Positions 20,432 to 30,948 of a DNA stretch of 64,000 nt are shown here, piece by piece; the first letter of the stretch is position 1, and every line of letters begins with the position of its first letter. A program made the translations under genes and the position numbers. The DNA is from Rubripirellula sp. (GTDB taxonomy: Bacteria > Planctomycetota > Planctomycetia > Pirellulales > Pirellulaceae), in contig OZ244207.1 of NCBI GenBank assembly GCA_965216875.1, forward strand, positions 160,001 through 224,000, read 5' to 3'. The notes beneath the pieces are model-generated. The model saw only the letters and a program-made list of their open reading frames with translations. It was not told the origin of the DNA and did not search any database.

Positions 20432-21996
20432 TCGTTTGCCTCGCTTGCTTCCAATGCAAGGGTGACCTTATCGAGTACCGGTTTGGACTTGTTCTCGGTC
20501 GTGTCCTTCAGTTTGATTTCAAATTGAAACCCAAAACCGTCTGGCAGTTCGGCAAGGTCAAGCGTTGCTGGCGTTCTTGCCACCTGTTTCGAAAAACCTT
20601 TGACGTAGTCGTAGGTTTCTTTGACTTCTTTCCAATCGCTCCATTGGTTGATCATCCCATCGTTGTTGGTGTCGACGCCAACTCGCACTTCGACCGATTC
20701 GACCCAGGGACCGGGGCTGGTGAAATCCAGTTTTTGCTGTGTCGCCAGATAGAACTTGCCTTCAGCGAACATGATGTCAGGATCGGGGTGTCCCTTTCCA
20801 ACGTTGCCGCACCACTTGAATGGTTCATCGAGGCTCTTTGAGGTGAACCATCCGACACTCATGTTTTTGGTTGCCGCCGGATCAAAGTCACAGAACAGGT
20901 AGTATTGTCCGCCGATCGAAATCGCGGCCCAATCGCCGTAGGCGTTCTGCTCGGGCTCGTGGATTTCGTACTTCGCAATGTTGGTCTTGAAGCGTTCGGG
21001 GTGCTCTTTGACCCAATGGGGATGTTTGTAAGTTCCAATCTTGCCAGTCGGTTGGGTCCGTTCATCAACCGGCGGCGCGAGTGTTTTGAAATCCTGGATG
21101 CCGTCTGAGCTGACGGCGTGTGCAGCGAGCGGCGAATCCCACGCATTTCGTTGAGCGTTGATGGGGCTCCAGTCTTCGACGATAAGGTGGAACTTTCCGT
21201 CGAGGTCTCGAATGATCGCACAGTCAGAACCATGAGTCGGGTCGTCGTAGGCCATTCCCTTGTTGTCGCCGGGCAAGCCGTCAAACATGTCATCGTCGAC
21301 ATAGACGTGTGGGTCCTGGTCGTTGGGGAAGTCGTAGTAGAAGTACGCTTTCCCATCAGCGAATTCGGCGGTCGTCATCCACGCCGAGAATTTTTCGGTG
21401 ATCGGACCGTGGTGAACCCAATTGACCATGTCTTTGCTTTGCCAAGCGTGATACCCGCCGCGCCGAGGCTTGAGTCCTCCAGGTGCGTCAAATTGGTTTT
21501 TGAAACGCGTTGTTTGAAGCGGAATGTCGAACCCTTCAAGCGTCGCCGGTTCCGGTTTGAATTCGGGACGCGGCGACTTGTCACCACGTTTTCGGCCACC
21601 GCCATACCGGCCGAACATCCAATAGTTGTCTGGTCCGAGACTCAACATCACCGGGGCATCGCCAAGATTGACGGGGCCAAGGTTCTCACTCGGCTGCCAA
21701 TTCAACCACTCGGGTGACTGTTCAATCACGATCGATTTGGGTGACCGTTTCGACGGGTAGCGTTTCAAAATGCTGGTGAGTTTTCCCGATCGATCGGTTG
21801 GTCTCACGAAAGCATCCGAGATTTCAATTCCCTGCGATTCCTTTGTGTTTTGTTCCCACTGTTCTTGAGATTCGATCACCCAGTCTTCCGGGTGATGGTC
21901 GTCTGCACGCGAGTGATTGTCAGAGAAGCAAAAGGACAGGGTGAGCCCGACGATCACGAGGATCGACGGGCGCGCTATCGAAGTTCGAGCGGGCAT
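20428..21996 (-). CDS. Secreted conserved hypothetical protein, probable beta-propeller glycosidase
   Basis: Signal peptide from MPARTS; WQSKDMVNW, SDCAI, GHPDPDI; 4-nt overlap with the downstream gene. Confidence 0.55.
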   Translation of the reverse strand: MPARTSIARPSILVIVGLTLSFCFSDNHSRADDHHPEDWVIESQEQWEQNTKESQGIEISDAFVRPTDRSGKLTSILKRYPSKRSPKSIVIEQSPEWLNWQPSENLGPVNLGDAPVMLSLGPDNYWMFGRYGGGRKRGDKSPRPEFKPEPATLEGFDIPLQTTRFKNQFDAPGGLKPRRGGYHAWQSKDMVNWVHHGPITEKFSAWMTTAEFADGKAYFYYDFPNDQDPHVYVDDDMFDGLPGDNKGMAYDDPTHGSDCAIIRDLDGKFHLIVEDWSPINAQRNAWDSPLAAHAVSSDGIQDFKTLAPPVDERTQPTGKIGTYKHPHWVKEHPERFKTNIAKYEIHEPEQNAYGDWAAISIGGQYYLFCDFDPAATKNMSVGWFTSKSLDEPFKWCGNVGKGHPDPDIMFAEGKFYLATQQKLDFTSPGPWVESVEVRVGVDTNNDGMINQWSDWKEVKETYDYVKGFSKQVARTPATLDLAELPDGFGFQFEIKLKDTTENKSKPVLDKVTLALEASEANE

Positions 21997-22270
21997 TTGA
22001 GTAGCAATGTGTGGTGGGCTTGGGCTGGGTAGGATGTAAGCGACGGGGGCGCTCACCTTCGCAAGTCCAATCGAATGTTGAGCGAACCGGCGAAGGTCAT
22101 GAGTGTACATTGTGCACCGCCGAAGACACTGGTGCTACATTTCGCGAATGTTCGTCGAGAACGTGCGGTGAATCGTCGCTTGGGGGCCAACGGGGCGGTT
22201 CTGGTCGTCGGTATTTGGGGCAGCGACGTTGGTCTCGTCGGTTCGCGGACGTTGCGACTAAAATGGCTTC

Positions 22271-23428
22271 ATGAAGAAACGCCACGTCGCCCTGATCGTC
22301 GAAACATCAAGCGTTTACGGTCGAGAAATGTTGTCAGGGATCGTGCAGTACATGCGGATGCACGATGAGTGGTCCGTCTTTCTCGAGCAGCGTGATCTAT
22401 GGAAGAAGCCTCCCGCTTGGCTCAAGGATTGGCGTGGCGACGGAATCATCTCTCGCGTCACAACGCAAAAACTGCTTGAGGCGATTGCACGCACCAAAGT
22501 GCCGTTGGTCGAAGTGACCGACCGCCGCGGTGATTCGGAGCTACCGCAGGTTCGATCAGACGATGTGAGAATCGGCGAAATCGGGGCGGAGCATTTGATC
22601 GAGCGTGGGTTCGTGCGATTTGGGTTCTGCGGTTTCAAGGGGGAAGCATGGTCGCAGCGTCGCGAAGAGGGCTTTGCAAATCACCTTCGCGAGCAGAGTT
22701 TCGTCGAATGCGACAGCTACAACTCGACATGGCATGGACCGTCTGCGCGCACATGGGAGGCGGAGCAGGAGTCGATCGTTGCGTGGCTAAAAACGATGAA
22801 GCCACCTTTTGCAGTGATGACGTGCAATGATGTTCGAGGCCAACACATCATTGACGCCTGCTCGACACTTGGACTTGCTGTCCCCGAGCAAGTCGCGGTG
22901 GTGGGCGTGGACAACGATGATCTGCTATGCCGCGTCTGTTCGCCGCCCTTGTCGAGCGTTGTTCCTAATGCAGAGATGGTCGGTTTCAAAGCGGCCGAGA
23001 CGCTTGCCTTGTTGATGGATGGCAAAGAAGTCTCACAACAGAATCAGCTTGTTCCTCCGGTCGGTGTTGCAACGCGTCAATCGACCGATGTGGTGGCAAT
23101 CGACGATCGCAGCGTTGCCGCAGCGTTGCACTACATTCGCGCGAATGCTTGCCGTGGTTTGAGCGTCGCCGAAGTCGTACGAAACAGTCAGGTTTCGCGA
23201 AGCACGTTGGAACGCCAGTTGAGAAAATATCTCGGTCGTACACCGCAGGAAGAGATCCGAAACGTACAGATCAAGCGGGCGCAGGAATTGATTTTGTCGA
23301 CCGATTTGCCCGCCGAACAGATCGCAGCGCTCTGCGGATTCGACTATCCAGAGTATTTCTACGTCGTTTTCAAGCGGATTGTGGGAATGACGACGAGCCA
23401 GTTTCGTCAGCAAACCAAGCCGAAATGA
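22271..23428 (+). CDS. XylR-type transcriptional regulator (sugar-binding domain plus AraC HTH)
   Basis: VALIVETSSVYGR, VPEQVAVVGVDND, PPLSSV, TRQSTD, C-terminal AraC HTH (GF....YF..VFKR..GMT). Confidence 0.92.
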   Translation: MKKRHVALIVETSSVYGREMLSGIVQYMRMHDEWSVFLEQRDLWKKPPAWLKDWRGDGIISRVTTQKLLEAIARTKVPLVEVTDRRGDSELPQVRSDDVRIGEIGAEHLIERGFVRFGFCGFKGEAWSQRREEGFANHLREQSFVECDSYNSTWHGPSARTWEAEQESIVAWLKTMKPPFAVMTCNDVRGQHIIDACSTLGLAVPEQVAVVGVDNDDLLCRVCSPPLSSVVPNAEMVGFKAAETLALLMDGKEVSQQNQLVPPVGVATRQSTDVVAIDDRSVAAALHYIRANACRGLSVAEVVRNSQVSRSTLERQLRKYLGRTPQEEIRNVQIKRAQELILSTDLPAEQIAALCGFDYPEYFYVVFKRIVGMTTSQFRQQTKPK

Positions 23429-23555
23429 TCGGATCGTGCATCGGCCCGATTTGGCGTGACAAAATATTATAGGGTCGTGACGCGTCGCTTCATGGTGCTC
23501 GAGTGAATTGTGGATATGCTTCATGGCTCTCCACACACCTCGATTGCGAGCACCC

Positions 23556-24389
23556 ATGAAACGGCTGAGCGGAAAGAATGCGATCGTCACTGGCGCGAGC
23601 CAGGGCATCGGCGCTGAAATCGCCGTTGCCCTTGCCCAGGCGGGGGCCAACGTGGCGATCAACTATCGAGGCTCACAAGAGGCTGCGGACGAAGTCGCGG
23701 CCCGATGTCTCGACTTTGGCGTCAAGGTACGTCTGGCCCCAGCCGATGTCGGCGTGCAATCGAATGTCAATCGGATGGTCGAAGAAACGGTCGCCGCGTT
23801 CGGCTGCATTGACATCGCGGTTTCGAATGCCGCCTACAGTGATCGCGAGCTGTTCTACGAAGCCGATTTGGCGGGGTTCGAGAAGACGATTCAAGTGACG
23901 ATGTGGGGAGCGTTCTATCTCTTGCGTGCTGCCGCGCGGCAGATGATTGCTGATCAAACGCGTGGATCGATCGTAATTGTCAGTTCGCCTCACAGTTGGC
24001 GCCCCATCCCCGGTGCAATGGCCTACAACATGGCCAAGGCCGCAATCGACCAGATGGCAAAGACTGCCGCAACTGAGCTTTGCGGAAAACGCATTCGTGT
24101 CAACACGATGCACCCTGGTTGGATCGACACGCCCGGTGAACGCAGATTCTTCAGCGAACAAAAGCTCGCGGAAAAAGGATCCGAGTTACCTTGGGGCCGA
24201 CTGGGGAAACCCGAAGAAATCGCACGCGGAGTCGTCTTCATGTGCGACCCCGCTAGCGACTACATGACCGGCAGTTCCATGTTGATCGACGGTGGCATCG
24301 AATTGCCCGTTGACGAAATGCATCGACTCGAACTGGCATCGGCCGAGCCAAACGCACACGAGGATAAAGAGAATGCACAGGTTTGTTAG
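23556..24389 (+). CDS. SDR family oxidoreductase
   Basis: VTGASQGIG, YNMAK (YxxxK), IRVN..HPGWIDT. Confidence 0.93.
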   Translation: MKRLSGKNAIVTGASQGIGAEIAVALAQAGANVAINYRGSQEAADEVAARCLDFGVKVRLAPADVGVQSNVNRMVEETVAAFGCIDIAVSNAAYSDRELFYEADLAGFEKTIQVTMWGAFYLLRAAARQMIADQTRGSIVIVSSPHSWRPIPGAMAYNMAKAAIDQMAKTAATELCGKRIRVNTMHPGWIDTPGERRFFSEQKLAEKGSELPWGRLGKPEEIARGVVFMCDPASDYMTGSSMLIDGGIELPVDEMHRLELASAEPNAHEDKENAQVC

Positions 24390-25905
24390 AGAGTCATTCC
24401 CGATAAAGACCGGTGTCTTTGCCGTATTGGCCGTCTTTGTCTGGGGCGTCTGCTCAGCCAAGGCTGACGAGCGTCCGAACGTGCTATTGATTATGGTCGA
24501 CGACCTCAAGCCGGCCCTCGGATGCTATGGCGACAAGCACGCAAAGTCGCCAAACATTGATGCGTTGGCGGCGCGCGGGATGCGATTTGATCTGGCGTAC
24601 TGCAACCAAGCGGTTTGCGCTCCCTCGCGATTCACATTGATGCTCGGTTCGCACTCGACTTCGACAGGGCTTTACGGCCTTGGCAGTAAGCTGCGTTCGG
24701 TGTTGCCAGATGCGGTGACGATGCCACAGTACTTCGCCAAGCACGGTTACCGAACGGAGTCGCTTGGCAAGGTGTTTCATATCGGGCACGGAAACGAAGG
24801 CGATCGCGACTCGTTCAGCGTCAAGCATTTTCACGACAAGGTGATCGAATACGTTGAACCGACGAGCACCGACGGTGGCAAGCTGACGCGTGAAGAGGCC
24901 TTTTTTACGAACCAGCGACTGGGCGAAATCAAATCGCTCCCGCGCGGTGCGGCGTACGAGTCGCCTGACGTTTCGGACACGAGTTATGCCGACGGACGTG
25001 TCGCGGCCGAAACGATCAAGCGACTACGATCCGCCAAGAAACGATCCGAAGCGGAAGGGACGCCCTTCTTCATTGCGGCCGGATTCGCTCGCCCACACCT
25101 GCCTTTTAGTGCCCCCAAGAAGTACTGGGACTTGTACGACCCCAAGACATTGCCGCAGCCGACGTTTGAAGATCTTCCGGCCGACGCGCCGGCTGTTGCG
25201 GGAAAGCGTGGCGGTGAAATCACGAACTACAAACCGGTCCCAACCGATCCACGGGCCGAGTTCGACGAAACGCTCATACGCAACCTGATTCATGGCTACT
25301 ACGCCAGCACGAGTTTCGTCGATGCTCAGATTGGCAAAGTGCTCGACGAGCTGAATGACTCGGGACTTGCCTCCAACACGATCGTTGTGCTTTGGGGAGA
25401 TCACGGGTTTCACCTCGGTGATCTTGGGATTTGGACCAAACACACCAATTACGAACAAGCCAACCGGATTCCGATCCTGATTGCCGCGCCCGGTCAGGCC
25501 GTGGCCGGGGGATCAACCCAACAGCTTGCCGAAAGCGTCGACATCTTTCCAACGCTGGCCGAGCTAGCCGGGCTGCCGGCGCCAAATGTGCCGCAACCAA
25601 TCGATGGCGTCAGTTTGGTACCTGTCTTGAAGGACCCCGCGGTTCGCGTGCGCGACCATGCTTTTCACGCCTATCCGAAGAAGAAGCTTGGCCGAGCGAT
25701 TCGAACGCAGCGGTTTCGTCTGGTGGAGTGGAAACTTTTTAATGGCGACGAATCGAGCATCGAATACGAACTCTACGACTACAAGACGGATCCACTCGAG
25801 CGGCAAAACTTGGCCGCGTCCAAGCCAGAAGTCGTCGACGAATTAAGAGCCATCTTGCGGAAGCACCCCCAACCCGTGCCACGTTCACGCGGCAAGCGAA
25901 AGTAG
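24373..25905 (+). CDS. Sulfatase (iduronate-2-sulfatase-like)
   Basis: PNVLLIMVDD, CAPSR, GKVFH, RPHLPF, WGDHG. Confidence 0.95.
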   Translation: MHRFVRESFPIKTGVFAVLAVFVWGVCSAKADERPNVLLIMVDDLKPALGCYGDKHAKSPNIDALAARGMRFDLAYCNQAVCAPSRFTLMLGSHSTSTGLYGLGSKLRSVLPDAVTMPQYFAKHGYRTESLGKVFHIGHGNEGDRDSFSVKHFHDKVIEYVEPTSTDGGKLTREEAFFTNQRLGEIKSLPRGAAYESPDVSDTSYADGRVAAETIKRLRSAKKRSEAEGTPFFIAAGFARPHLPFSAPKKYWDLYDPKTLPQPTFEDLPADAPAVAGKRGGEITNYKPVPTDPRAEFDETLIRNLIHGYYASTSFVDAQIGKVLDELNDSGLASNTIVVLWGDHGFHLGDLGIWTKHTNYEQANRIPILIAAPGQAVAGGSTQQLAESVDIFPTLAELAGLPAPNVPQPIDGVSLVPVLKDPAVRVRDHAFHAYPKKKLGRAIRTQRFRLVEWKLFNGDESSIEYELYDYKTDPLERQNLAASKPEVVDELRAILRKHPQPVPRSRGKRK

Positions 25906-26000
25906 TTCGCCGGCGATTCGGGTTCACCACCACAGCTACATTCAAACCACCCAGCGTTGTCAGCCACCACAGCAACGCACCCCTGCCCCGATGAAGCTCA

Positions 26001-29000
26001 ATGAGAAAAAACCTCGTGACAACAAGCCGATTCAACGCGTTTTGCTTTTTGAGTCTCTTGGCCTCTTTGGCGACCGCCCAAGACGTCGTTGACCAGTGGC
26101 GTCACACACTCAAGCGCCCTCGTGCCGATTGGCACACCGTTGAGTTCGATGACTCAAGTTGGACCGCGAGTTTTGGCGGCTTCGGTACGAGAGACACGCC
26201 GGGTTCCCGCGTCGGAACGACATGGGCGACCAATCAAATCTGGTTGCGCAAAACGTTTGACCTGACGGCCGTTCCAGCGAACCCCGCGCTGCTGATTCAC
26301 CATGACGAAGATGTTGAGGTGTTCCTCAACGGAACGCTGGTCGTGTCGCTGCAAGGATTCACCACCGAGTACAAGGTTGTTCCCCTTGCCAGCGACAAGG
26401 CGTCGGCGTTGCAGGCTGGTTCGAATCTAATGGCCGTGCACTGCAAACAGACCAACGGTGGCCAATTCATTGATGTGCACTTGGTCGATGCTAACAACGT
26501 CCCCCAGCTCCCGAAGCCGAAGCGAAGCACGACGCCATTTGTTTCCGAGTTGATCACGAAATGGGGAGCGTCGGTCACGGCCGAGAATGCCTGGACGGAA
26601 TACCCGCGTCCTCAAATGCAACGTGACCATTGGCAGAACCTCAACGGGCATTGGGACTACGCGGTCACGCCTATCGAAACACGCCGGCAGCCATCGCAGT
26701 GGGACGGGAAACTGCTTGTCCCCTATTGTTTGGAATCGAAGCTTGGCGGCGTTCAACGTTTGCTCGACGAACCCGAAGCCCTTTGGTATCGGCGATCGTT
26801 CGGCGCGAAAAGGTCCGACGGCAATCGTTTGCTATTGAACTTCGAGGCCGTCGACTACCGCAGCGAAGTTTTCGTGAACGGACATTCGGTCGGTAGCCAT
26901 GTTGGCGGTAATACGCCATTTAGCTTCGACGTCACCGACGCGATCAAGGATGGCGAAAACGAACTGGTCGTTCGCGTCGAGGATGCGACCGAAGCGTTTC
27001 AGCTTCGTGGCAAGCAAGTACTCGACGCACGCGGGATTTGGTACACCCAGGTATCCGGTATCTGGCAAACCGTTTGGCTTGAAGAAGTTCCGGACAGCTA
27101 TTTCGCTAGCGTCAAGATCAGCACCTCTTCCGAAGCAGGTTCGATTACGGTTCGCCCGCAGATCGTCGGCAACCGATCGCATTCGGTGGCGGTCGTGGTT
27201 AAGGATGGCGACAACGTGGTCGCCCGCAAGATAGGCAATGATCAGATCGAATTGAAGATTGACAACGCAAAACTCTGGTCGCCATCGGAACCATTTCTGT
27301 ACGACGTCGAAGTCACTCTGCTGGGGCCAAATGACGAGCCAGTGGATCATGTGAATTCCTACGCAGGCATTCGCACCGTTGGGAAAGTAAAAGACGTCGA
27401 TGGACATTGGCGATTCACGCTCAACGGCGAAACGATCTTCCACTGGGGGCCGCTTGATCAAGGCTGGTGGCCCGACGGTCTGCTGACGCCCCCGTCGGAT
27501 GAAGCGATGTTGTTTGACATCGAGTGGCTCAAGCAGGCTGGATTTAACATGATCCGAAAACACATCAAGGTCGAGCCGCGTCGCTATTACTATCACTGTG
27601 ATCGACTTGGAATGATGGTCTGGCAAGATCAGGTCAGCGGCGGTGTGGGCAAGGCTTGGCCAGCCTGGACACGGCTCGCGCCGAATCCCGTCGATGCCAA
27701 TTGGCCCGCGGCACAGCACAAGCAGTTCATGTTTGAACTCGATCGCATGATCACCACGCTCGAGAGCCACCCGTCGATCGTTTGCTGGGTCCCTTTCAAT
27801 GAAGCTTGGGGCCAACACCGGACCATGGACGTTGGGCGATGGACGGTCGAGCGCGACCCGTCACGGTTGGTCAACGTCGCGAGCGGCGGGAATTTTTGGC
27901 CAGTGGGCGACGTCGTCGATGCGCACCATTACCCGCACCCTGTGTTTCCATTTGAACAAAATGAAAACGGCCGTTTTGACGACTACATCAAAGTCATGGG
28001 CGAGTTTGGCGGGCACGGCTATCCCGTCAAAGAACATCTGTGGGATGCGAACCGTCGCAATTGGGGATACGGTGGACTTCCGCGGAACGAAGCGGAATAC
28101 AAACAGCGGTACCTTCAGTCACTCGATATGCTCAATGCGCTTCGTGACAAAGGGATCGCCGGTGGCGTCTACACTCAAACGACGGATGTCGAGGGCGAGA
28201 TCAATGGGTTGATGACTTATGATCGCAAGGTCATCAAGATTCCTGCCGATCATTTGGCCAGGATGCACAAGAAGCTTTTTGCTGAAACACCAAAGCAGGC
28301 CTCCAAAGCGGAGCAATTCCCCCGCACCGCGTTCGTCGAAGTTCCGACCGATCGCAAGCCACGGCCGGTGATGAATGCCGCCACGATTCGTTCTGGTCTC
28401 AGCTCACACGATCGCGCACTCTATATCAAAGCGGGATGGATTCGCGATCCTTACATCACTCTTGCCCCCGACGGGTTTTACTATTTGACGGGAACACAGC
28501 CGCGCGCGGGCGATCCACGCGAAGCAGACAATCCGTACAACATCGGGCTCGGTGACGAGAGCATTGTTGGGGACCAGGTTCGAGCCTATCGCAGCAAAGA
28601 CTTGGTCGAATGGGAATCGCTCGGTGCGATCTTCACGGTGGATGACACCATTAGGGCGAAAAGTGGTAAGTCGATTCCGAAGCGCCTGATCTGGGCCCCC
28701 GAAGTGCATTGGCTTGGTGATCGTTGGGCCTTGGTGCATTGTCCCAAACGTCACTCCAGTCTCGTCGTTTCCGCAGGTCGTGACTTGCGAGGTCCTTGGA
28801 CGCATCCGATGAATGGCAACATGGGGGCACGGCACGACCCATCGCTCTTTACCGATGACGACGGAACTCGCTATTTGCTGTGGGGGAACACGTTGGTGGC
28901 AGCTCTGACCGACGACTTGAAGTCTTACGCCGCGGAACCGACACGCATTGATCCATCGAGTTATCGCCCCGGGCCCGATGGTAAATCGATCAATCGTATC

Positions 29001-29417
29001 GGTCACGAAGGCGCCACGATGATCAAGGTTGGTGGCAAGTACGTTCACATGGGAACGGCATGGTCAACCGATCAAGGTCGCAAGGGTTCCTATAACCTTT
29101 ACTACTGCGTCGCTGACAAAATCACTGGCCCCTACGGACCGCGTAAATTCGCTGGCCGATTTCTTGGTCACGGGACTCCTTTTCAAGACAAGGAAGGCAA
29201 GTGGTGGTGTACGGCGTTTTTTAATGCGAACGTCCCGCCGGTTCCACGCCAAGGCATCGAAAAACGCGATCTTGGCGAGAACGCTCAAACGATCAACGAA
29301 CAGGGTGTGACGATTGTGCCCCTGGATGTTCGCGTTTTGGATAATGGTGAGGTTTACATTCGAGCCAAAGATCCTGCCTATGCAACGCCCGGTCCCGACG
29401 AAGCTCAATCGTTTTAG
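26001..29417 (+). CDS. GH2 glycoside hydrolase fused to C-terminal GH43 domain
   Basis: EYPRPQ, LNFEAVD, GIWQTVWLE, LDQGWWPDG, FNMIRKHIK, FNEAWG, GEFGG; then IRDP, WAPE, HDP, GHEG. Confidence 0.9.
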   Translation: MRKNLVTTSRFNAFCFLSLLASLATAQDVVDQWRHTLKRPRADWHTVEFDDSSWTASFGGFGTRDTPGSRVGTTWATNQIWLRKTFDLTAVPANPALLIHHDEDVEVFLNGTLVVSLQGFTTEYKVVPLASDKASALQAGSNLMAVHCKQTNGGQFIDVHLVDANNVPQLPKPKRSTTPFVSELITKWGASVTAENAWTEYPRPQMQRDHWQNLNGHWDYAVTPIETRRQPSQWDGKLLVPYCLESKLGGVQRLLDEPEALWYRRSFGAKRSDGNRLLLNFEAVDYRSEVFVNGHSVGSHVGGNTPFSFDVTDAIKDGENELVVRVEDATEAFQLRGKQVLDARGIWYTQVSGIWQTVWLEEVPDSYFASVKISTSSEAGSITVRPQIVGNRSHSVAVVVKDGDNVVARKIGNDQIELKIDNAKLWSPSEPFLYDVEVTLLGPNDEPVDHVNSYAGIRTVGKVKDVDGHWRFTLNGETIFHWGPLDQGWWPDGLLTPPSDEAMLFDIEWLKQAGFNMIRKHIKVEPRRYYYHCDRLGMMVWQDQVSGGVGKAWPAWTRLAPNPVDANWPAAQHKQFMFELDRMITTLESHPSIVCWVPFNEAWGQHRTMDVGRWTVERDPSRLVNVASGGNFWPVGDVVDAHHYPHPVFPFEQNENGRFDDYIKVMGEFGGHGYPVKEHLWDANRRNWGYGGLPRNEAEYKQRYLQSLDMLNALRDKGIAGGVYTQTTDVEGEINGLMTYDRKVIKIPADHLARMHKKLFAETPKQASKAEQFPRTAFVEVPTDRKPRPVMNAATIRSGLSSHDRALYIKAGWIRDPYITLAPDGFYYLTGTQPRAGDPREADNPYNIGLGDESIVGDQVRAYRSKDLVEWESLGAIFTVDDTIRAKSGKSIPKRLIWAPEVHWLGDRWALVHCPKRHSSLVVSAGRDLRGPWTHPMNGNMGARHDPSLFTDDDGTRYLLWGNTLVAALTDDLKSYAAEPTRIDPSSYRPGPDGKSINRIGHEGATMIKVGGKYVHMGTAWSTDQGRKGSYNLYYCVADKITGPYGPRKFAGRFLGHGTPFQDKEGKWWCTAFFNANVPPVPRQGIEKRDLGENAQTINEQGVTIVPLDVRVLDNGEVYIRAKDPAYATPGPDEAQSF

Positions 29418-29432
29418 CAACGAGTGTGTTCA

Positions 29433-30830
29433 ATGAAACAGGTTTTTTACACCCCATTGTTAATCGTATTGGCACTAGCCGCGGTTTGCGATGCAGCTGA
29501 AGGTCGCCCGAACATTGTGGTCTATCTATCGGACGACCACTCCCAACGTGATTCAAGCCTTTACGGTAACAATCACATTCCGACACCGCAGTTCGAGCGT
29601 TTGGCGGAACGGGGTATGACCTTTACCCACGCGTTCGTCGCGTCACCCTCGTGCGCTCCGAGTCGAGCGGCATTGTTGACGGGTTTGATGCCAGCACGCA
29701 ACGGCGCGGAGGCCAACCACACGTTTCCAACAAAGGGGACCCACTCGTTGATTCGCGATCTGCGGTCGGCGGGCTATGAGGTTGCTGCGATCGGCAAGGT
29801 CGCGCACGGGCGGTCGGTTGCAAGGTATGGTTTCGACTTTTTCCAAGCAGCAAGGACGATTCCGAAATTGGGTGACGCCGTTCGGGATTACCTGTCCAGT
29901 CGCCAATCGAGCAAGCCGCTGTGTTTGTTCGTGGGCACCTCGAACCCACACGTTTCGTGGACCAGTCCGTCCACATTCGATCCCGCTGAGGTCGAGTTGC
30001 CGCCCCATCATCTGGACACCCCCGCCACTCGAGAGCATCGCGCCGCCTACTACCAAGAGATCAAAGACCTCGATGCGTTCCTCGGTGAGTTGCGGGCGAT
30101 CACCGAAGAACGGCTGGGTGACGACGCGCTCTTCATTCACACAAGCGACCATGGTTCGCAATGGCCGTTTGGCAAATGGAATCTATACGACTATGGGACG
30201 CGCGTCCCGTTTATCGCTTCATGGCCAGGACGCATTGCTGAGGGGACAACGTCGGATGCAATGATCAGCTGGATCGACCTGTTGCCAACGTTGATCGACA
30301 TTGCGGGCGGGACAGAACACGAGGGCCTCGATGGACGCTCATTTTTGAAGGTCTTGCTGGGCGAAGAGGAAACGCATCGCGAAGTCATCTTTACCACACA
30401 CACCGGAGACGGCACGAAGAACATCTATCCAATGCGCAGCATTCGCACTCGGCGCTGGAAGTTGATCCGCAATCTGCATCCCGAATTCGCTCACACGAAT
30501 CACTCCGATCTTGATCGCAAACCGATGGCCGGGGCTTACTGGACCGAGTGGGGCGAAGTGGCAAAAAGTGATGCACACGCCGCCGAGATTGTTACGCGTT
30601 ACTTCAAGCGGCCAGAGTGGGAACTCTATCGAGTCGAACGTGATCCTTGGGAACAAACAAATCTAATTGATTCGCAAGCACAAGCCGATCGTGTGGCCAA
30701 TTTGAAGCAGCGACTTGCAGAGTGGATGAAGCACCAAGGGGACAAGCTGTCGGTTCACAGCAAGCCACGTCGATTGGATGACGAGTCGAGTTGGCAGCTC
30801 GACTTTTTTCCCAAATCCGATGCACCTTAG
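29433..30830 (+). CDS. Sulfatase (N-sulfoglucosamine sulfohydrolase-like)
   Basis: PNIVVYLSDDH, CAPSRAALLTG, SDHG, YPMRSIR. Confidence 0.93.
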   Translation: MKQVFYTPLLIVLALAAVCDAAEGRPNIVVYLSDDHSQRDSSLYGNNHIPTPQFERLAERGMTFTHAFVASPSCAPSRAALLTGLMPARNGAEANHTFPTKGTHSLIRDLRSAGYEVAAIGKVAHGRSVARYGFDFFQAARTIPKLGDAVRDYLSSRQSSKPLCLFVGTSNPHVSWTSPSTFDPAEVELPPHHLDTPATREHRAAYYQEIKDLDAFLGELRAITEERLGDDALFIHTSDHGSQWPFGKWNLYDYGTRVPFIASWPGRIAEGTTSDAMISWIDLLPTLIDIAGGTEHEGLDGRSFLKVLLGEEETHREVIFTTHTGDGTKNIYPMRSIRTRRWKLIRNLHPEFAHTNHSDLDRKPMAGAYWTEWGEVAKSDAHAAEIVTRYFKRPEWELYRVERDPWEQTNLIDSQAQADRVANLKQRLAEWMKHQGDKLSVHSKPRRLDDESSWQLDFFPKSDAP

Positions 30831-30900
30831 ATCATGTCACGCCATCAAGAGGTCATTGACGAAGAACTGTAGCGCCCCTTCGAACCGAGTGGTGTTTTAA

Positions 30901-30933
30901 GTCAACCAAGCTGGGGCGTGTGGCTTGGTTGAC
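30901..30933. terminator. Hairpin between convergent genes
   Basis: GTCAACCAAGC-11nt-GCTTGGTTGAC between the sulfatase and kinase stops; no strong U-tract. Confidence 0.45.
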
Positions 30934-30948
30934 GTGGTTTCGAACGAC

